From a virus, in IMG/VR virus record IMGVR_UViG_3300025117_000020: DNA of 39,090 nt. One strand, 5' to 3'. The position numbers were made by a program, and so were the translations under genes. Below are positions 34,245-39,090 of this stretch, piece after piece; the first letter of the stretch is position 1, and each line of letters opens with the position of its first letter. A model generated the notes under the pieces. That model ran no database searches, was not told where the DNA came from, and saw only the letters and a program-made list of their open reading frames with translations.

Positions 34245-34270
34245 GCGACTCACCTCGTAAGATGAGCCGC
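34245..34270 (-). terminator. Hairpin downstream of 34280..34537
   Basis: An 8-bp stem pairs 34245-34252 with 34263-34270. One position is G-U on the minus-strand RNA but A-C on the plus strand, which fits minus-strand transcription. No U-tract follows. Confidence 0.25.
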
Positions 34271-34279
34271 GTAAGACCA

Positions 34280-34537
34280 CTATTTCTTAACCTTTTCTAC
34301 AGATGGCTTGTCGCCTTCTGTAGGAATTTCTTTCGCCTTGTTTTCAAGTGCCGCGTCTTCAGCTTCGACCGCTTGTAACTCCTTTAAGTTCAAAGGACTG
34401 CGAAGTATTGAAACCGTATTCAACATTTGAGTTGCGCCGGCTGTCCCCCTTACGCTTGTTACATTTAAACATTCGAGGAGAAACCCGACCATCTCATTCG
34501 TTAGCTCATATTTGAGCAACGGTTTTTGTGCTTTCAT
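34280..34537 (-). CDS. Hypothetical protein
   Basis: 85-aa ORF in operon orientation. Confidence 0.55.
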   Translation of the reverse strand: MKAQKPLLKYELTNEMVGFLLECLNVTSVRGTAGATQMLNTVSILRSPLNLKELQAVEAEDAALENKAKEIPTEGDKPSVEKVKK

Positions 34538-34564
34538 GTGTGTTTTATATTAAGAAATAAAAGC

Positions 34565-36328
34565 CTAATCAACTCTCAAGCAAGTAACAAAAATCTCACA
34601 ATCTAATGTGCCACCTGCATCCGGTACGATAGAAAGACTGCCGTTTTGAGCAATAGTCCTATTGGCAACTGACGCAATACCAGCAACCATATCATCTTTA
34701 TCGCCATCCGAAGCGGCAACCGTGATAGCGGAACAGATATCTGTACCTGCTCCCAATGCGCCGTTATTCAATTTCCAAGTTCCACCATCGGCAGAAGTTG
34801 AAAGTGAATACGCACCAATTACTTTGAATTTGAATGGAGCATTTGCATTGAAGATGTTTACAGCCGCCGCCTGATTTGTAAGCAAATAACTGACAACAAA
34901 TGGAACACCATAGGTATTGCCAGTTATGCTATCAAGTTCATTCGCATTAACATTCGTGATTACATTACCTGCGCCATCACAATCAAGAGTCTTGTTCGTG
35001 AATACATCCGCCGTAGCTTTGCCGACAAGAGTGTCCGTAGCATCCGGAAAGGTGATCGCCCTGTTATCCGTATGCACGAATGTAAGCGTAGCTATCTTAT
35101 CTGCGGTTGCGCCTGTATTGCTAAATTTAACAGCTTTCGTAAGCGCACCAGCCGCGCCGATAACAGTTGTCGTGTCGCTCAATGTCTTATTCGTCAATGT
35201 GTCAGTTGTAGCCTTGCCTACCAATGTGTCAGTAGCATCTGGGAATGTGATCGCTACGTCATTCGTATGTAAGAATGTCAATGTGGCTATCTTTGTCGCA
35301 GTTGCGCCAACAGCACTAACCGCAACCATCTTTGTAGGAGTCACAGAATCACAGAAGGTTACATTACCAGCCCCTTTGCCGTATAATCGGAGTGAGACAT
35401 TTGCATCATCACCAGTCGCTCTAACAACAGGCGAGCCAGCCGCATCAGCATTTTGGACTTCAACATAATTGATTGGAGTCGCTGATTCAACGAACGCCAA
35501 GAACTCATCACCGCCACCATCTGCGATATAACCTGTTGTCACGATCTTTGGTAGGGTAAGCGTCTTGTTCGCAAGAGTAACTGCCTTTGTCTTGAAGACA
35601 AATTCATCGGCAACACCAGCGAAATCAGGAATTGTCAAAGCACCTGCTCCAACAGTTTGGGTTGTCGTTGTTACTACGATGTCATTTGTACCGCCTTCAA
35701 TTCCCCAAGATTGAGTTACGCTACTCGCGACTCCCATTGGAAGAGTAGCAGGATCAACCCAAACTGGATTTGCCGCCGCACCTTGTGCCTTCAAAATATA
35801 GCCAGTTGTTCCAGCCGACAAAGCATCCCAAGTAGTAGCGCCCCTGTAGAGTATAGCGCCTTGTGCCTCACCTGCGATTGTAAGATCCGTCACTGTAAAT
35901 ACACCAGCCGCCGACATATCCGCATCGCCACTCACATCAACAAACTCAAGAGCAGTTGCTCCTGTATTGACCTTGACTATTTTATTGGCCGCCGCCGTGT
36001 AGTTTGCAGGGACATCCGTAAGCCCCGTAAATGCAGTTGCGCCGGCTGTGCCGACATCGACTTTATCAAAATTACAAGATGTGGTTGAGCCGACATTCTG
36101 ATAGAGACCACCTGTACCCGCGGCGACATCTGTATCTATATATAGGCAACCCTTGGCATATCCTGAACCAGCGTCAGTCACAGTTACCGTGCCGGTAGCA
36201 AATAACACGTTGCTATCTGCATCTTCTTGAAGTACGGTAATAGCCTGACTGTTGATGGTTTTCGGATATCCAATAAAGTGAACCGCCTTCATAACGCTTT
36301 TGGTGCGTTTTCCTGTTCGATTAGGCAT
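34565..36328 (-). CDS. Fibre-like repeat protein encoded inside the head module
   Basis: 587 aa. Three copies of an (I/L)T(F/I)PD...TL(V)...(T)NKTL motif are present, two of them in a 65-aa tandem duplication. The C-terminal beta domain ends GGTLDCEIFVTCLRV. Confidence 0.6.
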   Translation of the reverse strand: MPNRTGKRTKSVMKAVHFIGYPKTINSQAITVLQEDADSNVLFATGTVTVTDAGSGYAKGCLYIDTDVAAGTGGLYQNVGSTTSCNFDKVDVGTAGATAFTGLTDVPANYTAAANKIVKVNTGATALEFVDVSGDADMSAAGVFTVTDLTIAGEAQGAILYRGATTWDALSAGTTGYILKAQGAAANPVWVDPATLPMGVASSVTQSWGIEGGTNDIVVTTTTQTVGAGALTIPDFAGVADEFVFKTKAVTLANKTLTLPKIVTTGYIADGGGDEFLAFVESATPINYVEVQNADAAGSPVVRATGDDANVSLRLYGKGAGNVTFCDSVTPTKMVAVSAVGATATKIATLTFLHTNDVAITFPDATDTLVGKATTDTLTNKTLSDTTTVIGAAGALTKAVKFSNTGATADKIATLTFVHTDNRAITFPDATDTLVGKATADVFTNKTLDCDGAGNVITNVNANELDSITGNTYGVPFVVSYLLTNQAAAVNIFNANAPFKFKVIGAYSLSTSADGGTWKLNNGALGAGTDICSAITVAASDGDKDDMVAGIASVANRTIAQNGSLSIVPDAGGTLDCEIFVTCLRVD

Positions 36329-36352
36329 CTTAATTGGAATTAAAAAATAGAA

Positions 36353-36550
36353 TTATGAAACAAATTTCTTCTTCTTGAAAACCTTTAAAATCTCTGCGTC
36401 CTCAATGACTTCCCCTTTCATGTACTCTTTACCGTCGTGCCAAACATGAAATAGCATTGTGTTCTTTGTGGTTGGTTTTTCAGCCTTTATTTTACGAAGG
36501 TCTGTTAGCCTCATTGATTTGTGTGGAGTTGGATCTGATATGATTCTCAT
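36353..36550 (-). CDS. Hypothetical protein
   Basis: 65-aa ORF directly after the capsid gene. Confidence 0.5.
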   Translation of the reverse strand: MRIISDPTPHKSMRLTDLRKIKAEKPTTKNTMLFHVWHDGKEYMKGEVIEDAEILKVFKKKKFVS

Positions 36551-36579
36551 AGAAAAAGGTTAGTGTGTTTTTAAATAAA

Positions 36580-37527
36580 CTAGGCGATACAAGCGTAGAT
36601 AAGATATGCACATTTTACATCGAGTAAAACCATGTCATACTTATCTGAACATTGTATGTAGTCAGATTTTCTTTGTACTGATTCCAAACCACCTTGAGCG
36701 GCTGGGATATATTCAACCATTCTGCCAGCTTTCTGTCTGTATGTAGCGGCAAGAGTCCTTGACTTCAATTTTGGTTGACCTTCGATGAAAGCAACGATAC
36801 AAACTTTTGACCAGATGTCTGTCAATGTATCTGTGCCTCCAGTATTGCTGTTGTTGTATTGAGCCTCACCAACAACCAAATTCTGTAATCCGAATATGCG
36901 AGCCAAGTTACCTTGAAGCATATCTTTTGTTACAGCAGGTGCGCCCGGAAACAAAGCGATGATATCAGGATGGTAGCAAAGAGTCTGCAAAGCATCCCAA
37001 GAGATTATCATCGTGTTTGGTTTCTTTCCGCTTCCTGATCTAACTGTTGTGATAGCAGTCTTGATGTTCGAAATAGGATCGGAATTGTCGTAGTCACTCC
37101 ATTGATTCGTACCTGATAGAGTTGTGTTCTGTGTGATTGTACCTGTCGATGTGATTACATCAGCAAGAGCCTTCTCTTTGTCAACCAACATTCTGTCAGT
37201 TAGAGCTTCTGTAACATCAACACGAGCATCAATTGGGTCTTCTTGGTTGTCATAAACTTCTTCAGGTATGAACTCACCAAGTACATGGTCTTCCAAAGAA
37301 TAGTGGTCAGCAGATGATACAGTTGTTTCAACTACATTTGGTTTGCCACCAACTGCTCTGTAAGTATTGACGATTCTCAAATTCTCCATTCCATAGGAGT
37401 AGATTTTGCCGGAATCTTTAACGACCTGAACATTTGGAGCAATTATTTCGTTAACATAATTCTCGTTCTTGTATGCAAGTGATACCTTGGTTAGCGGTAC
37501 GCTTGTATATACAGTAGATTTTTGCAT
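36580..37527 (-). CDS. Major capsid protein (lambda gpE-like family, HK97 fold)
   Basis: 315 aa, following the protease/scaffold and DUF2190 genes. Its length and sequence pattern resemble the Phage_cap_E family as I remember it. Confidence 0.75.
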   Translation of the reverse strand: MQKSTVYTSVPLTKVSLAYKNENYVNEIIAPNVQVVKDSGKIYSYGMENLRIVNTYRAVGGKPNVVETTVSSADHYSLEDHVLGEFIPEEVYDNQEDPIDARVDVTEALTDRMLVDKEKALADVITSTGTITQNTTLSGTNQWSDYDNSDPISNIKTAITTVRSGSGKKPNTMIISWDALQTLCYHPDIIALFPGAPAVTKDMLQGNLARIFGLQNLVVGEAQYNNSNTGGTDTLTDIWSKVCIVAFIEGQPKLKSRTLAATYRQKAGRMVEYIPAAQGGLESVQRKSDYIQCSDKYDMVLLDVKCAYLIYACIA

Positions 37528-37554
37528 AAAAAATTGTATAGGTTAGAAAATAGA

Positions 37555-37947
37555 TTAAAACGCTGAATACTTGACTGTTGGGTTGATGATTCTTACTTCG
37601 CCGTATTCAGTTGCAGATACGGTGTCCTCTGCAATAGCGCAAACCTTGTCGCCTGCCGTTGTGGTAGTGATAAGAACGCCTGCTGTGGATGGAGTAAGTT
37701 TATCTCCTCTAGTCCAACCTCCTGACCCTGCGAGTGCTAATGTGTAGCCTGATGTTTTGACTGTTACAGCTTCGCCTGCGGCGGCTGTAGCGACTTGCGT
37801 GAAACCAACAACCTCATCGGTTGCTGCGGTTGCAACAACGACATAATTATTCCCAGTGTCGTTTTTAACCGGAAGATATTGACCTAGCGTCGAGGCAGTT
37901 GCTCTGAATGAAGCCTCTGGTGTTTGATGTACAGCTCCTGAACTCAT
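37555..37947 (-). CDS. DUF2190-type head decoration/cement protein
   Basis: 130 aa, Ala/Thr/Gly/Val-rich, with ...GDKLTPSTAGVL...CAIAEDTVSATEYGEVRI. It sits in the characteristic position between protease and capsid genes. Confidence 0.65.
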   Translation of the reverse strand: MSSGAVHQTPEASFRATASTLGQYLPVKNDTGNNYVVVATAATDEVVGFTQVATAAAGEAVTVKTSGYTLALAGSGGWTRGDKLTPSTAGVLITTTTAGDKVCAIAEDTVSATEYGEVRIINPTVKYSAF

Positions 37948-37972
37948 AAAAGTTTAGGTTATGAAATAAAAA

Positions 37973-39085
37973 TTATTGATTCTTGCTTGCTCTGACTTTC
38001 TTGTAGGCATCCTTGTAAGAGATTTTTTCAACCTCTGCTAACTTGGTAGCCTCAACATCGATTTGTTCTTCCTCGGAAAGCTCGACATCAGCACTTTTGC
38101 CGTGTCCTAATTCTGAAACATCTTCCTCTGAAAGAACTGTTGCAACTCCGATCAACTCTTTGAACTGACCATACTGTTCGTCTGAAAGAGTCTTCACGAA
38201 AGCCTCAACTTTCTCGACATTCGTTTTCGAGATTCCGACTTTGCCAACTTCGCCGAGAGTTACCTCTGCAACGCGTTCTGCCAATTGCTTTGTAGCTTTC
38301 TCTGCTTTCAATTCAGCGAGTTCCTTGCTAGTTTCAGCAAGTTTTAACTCTGCCGCTTGAACTGCATCAGGTGCTACTTCTTTCTCCTCAACTTTTTCTT
38401 CGACTTTCTCCTCTGGTTTTGCTTCGACCTTCTCCTCGACCTTAGCAACGCCATCTTTTGCTTCTACTTGCTCATCCTCTGATAATTCAGCGAACATAGC
38501 TTTCAAAGTTGTAACATCTTCTGTTGTTACCTTCTCTTTTGCGAGAAGACTGTCAGCATAAATACGGTATGCTTTCATACTTGAATTGTTAGGAAATAAT
38601 AAAGTGTCTGGTTGATAATCTTTTAATGGCGCGTCTTCACTCAAGAAAGCCGGTTGCATCCCTTTGATGACCGGTCTGTTGGTGAGCGCAATCCCTCTCA
38701 ATACATTCTTAATCGTACATTTCTTGCCATCTTTTACAGTTTCAAAAGGTGAGTATTCAACGCTAAAATACTTGAAGACTTTTTGCGTCAACATCTCTTT
38801 TGCCTTCTCGGAATAATCTTTAAACTGTGCAAATAAAGACTTGCCTTCAACAGCAAGTTCTTTCACCCAAGCGTAAGCACCCTTCTCCGGCTCGTGTCCT
38901 ACATCAATTCCAATCTCCACGCCAAGAACATTAGCGTCGAAATTGTCTTTGAGTTCCTGCAATAGTTTCGGAGTAATCTCAAACTTGCCATAACGCCTGT
39001 CGTAATAAGTTCCGCATTTGAGGATCTCATACTTATGGCTATCCAAATCAATCTTATCCTCGGCTAGAGTTATTGATGAAAGCAC
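37973..39085 (-). CDS. Mu gpI-like prohead protease / scaffold protein
   Basis: KYEILKCGTYYDRRYGKFEITPKLLQELKDNFD...GIDVGHE resembles the Mu-like prophage protease family. The C-terminal half is a Glu/Lys/Ala-rich coiled coil. The tracked GTG start is probably internal; the true ATG lies 8 codons further upstream across the circular junction (146..144). Confidence 0.75.
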   Translation of the reverse strand: MLSSITLAEDKIDLDSHKYEILKCGTYYDRRYGKFEITPKLLQELKDNFDANVLGVEIGIDVGHEPEKGAYAWVKELAVEGKSLFAQFKDYSEKAKEMLTQKVFKYFSVEYSPFETVKDGKKCTIKNVLRGIALTNRPVIKGMQPAFLSEDAPLKDYQPDTLLFPNNSSMKAYRIYADSLLAKEKVTTEDVTTLKAMFAELSEDEQVEAKDGVAKVEEKVEAKPEEKVEEKVEEKEVAPDAVQAAELKLAETSKELAELKAEKATKQLAERVAEVTLGEVGKVGISKTNVEKVEAFVKTLSDEQYGQFKELIGVATVLSEEDVSELGHGKSADVELSEEEQIDVEATKLAEVEKISYKDAYKKVRASKNQ

Positions 39086-39090
39086 CCTTA
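38964..39090. repeat. Terminal direct repeat (circular-contig assembly overlap), copy 2
   Basis: Identical to 1-127. The window ends exactly at the end of the identity. Confidence 0.95.

Noticed and set aside
34985-35326. Diversity-generating retroelement (template/variable repeat pair)
   Set aside because: The two repeat copies differ by all substitution types, not adenine-specific ones. No reverse transcriptase gene exists in the genome.
1-39090. Stop-codon reassignment (TAG or TGA recoding), as in some gut phages
   Set aside because: All large late and early genes are intact under the standard bacterial code. Reading through the TAG at 12752 gives only 3 more codons before a TAA.
1-39090. 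Lysogeny or mobility module (integrase, CI/Cro, transposase, attachment site)
   Set aside because: No tyrosine or serine recombinase, DDE transposase or HTH repressor motifs were recognised in any frame. Despite the Mu-like head genes there is no MuA/MuB-like gene.

Overview
The window is a complete, circularly closed tailed-phage genome. Bases 1-127 are identical to 38964-39090 (assembly overlap), so the unique genome is 38,963 bp. The gene at 37973..39085 continues across the junction to an ATG at 146..144. Gene starts lack Shine-Dalgarno sequences and sit behind A-rich AACCAAAA/ACAAA-type leaders, which suggests a Bacteroidota host (inference). There are two arms. (1) One long minus-strand late operon runs: TerS-like (5149), TerL, a portal-MuF fusion, two small ORFs, [junction], Mu gpI-like protease/scaffold, DUF2190 decoration protein and gpE-like major capsid. 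It continues with an unusual ~5.6-kb block of seven lectin/fibre-like genes, connector and neck genes, and the major tail protein. It ends with G/GT chaperones carrying a CCCAAAC -1 slippery site, tape measure, distal tail and fibre genes, and a lysis cassette with a PGRP-type amidase. No sheath gene is present, so the virion is siphovirus-like. (2) One plus-strand early/middle operon (about 5492..19036) encodes a DUF1376 replication organiser, a DnaC-like loader, an HNH nuclease and a NinB/RecB-like-nuclease/RecT/Gp157 recombination module. It also encodes a VRR-NUC nuclease and many tiny membrane or Cys-rich ORFs joined by ATGA overlaps. I found no integrase, repressor, tRNA, CRISPR array or reverse transcriptase. 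The most interesting items cluster at 14.3-16.9 kb: an (18 bp)x11 repeat gene encoding (GVSYSD)n, a DUF2829/Tad2-like gene, a ~235-nt G+C-rich multi-helix candidate ncRNA with two GAAA tetraloops (15231..15465) that I cannot assign to a known family, and a run of zinc-ribbon mini-proteins. Also notable are the accessory structural block at 30935..36550 and a possible T6-tract frameshift joining 12398..12754 to 12856..13158. All family calls come from motif recognition by eye; no database search was run.
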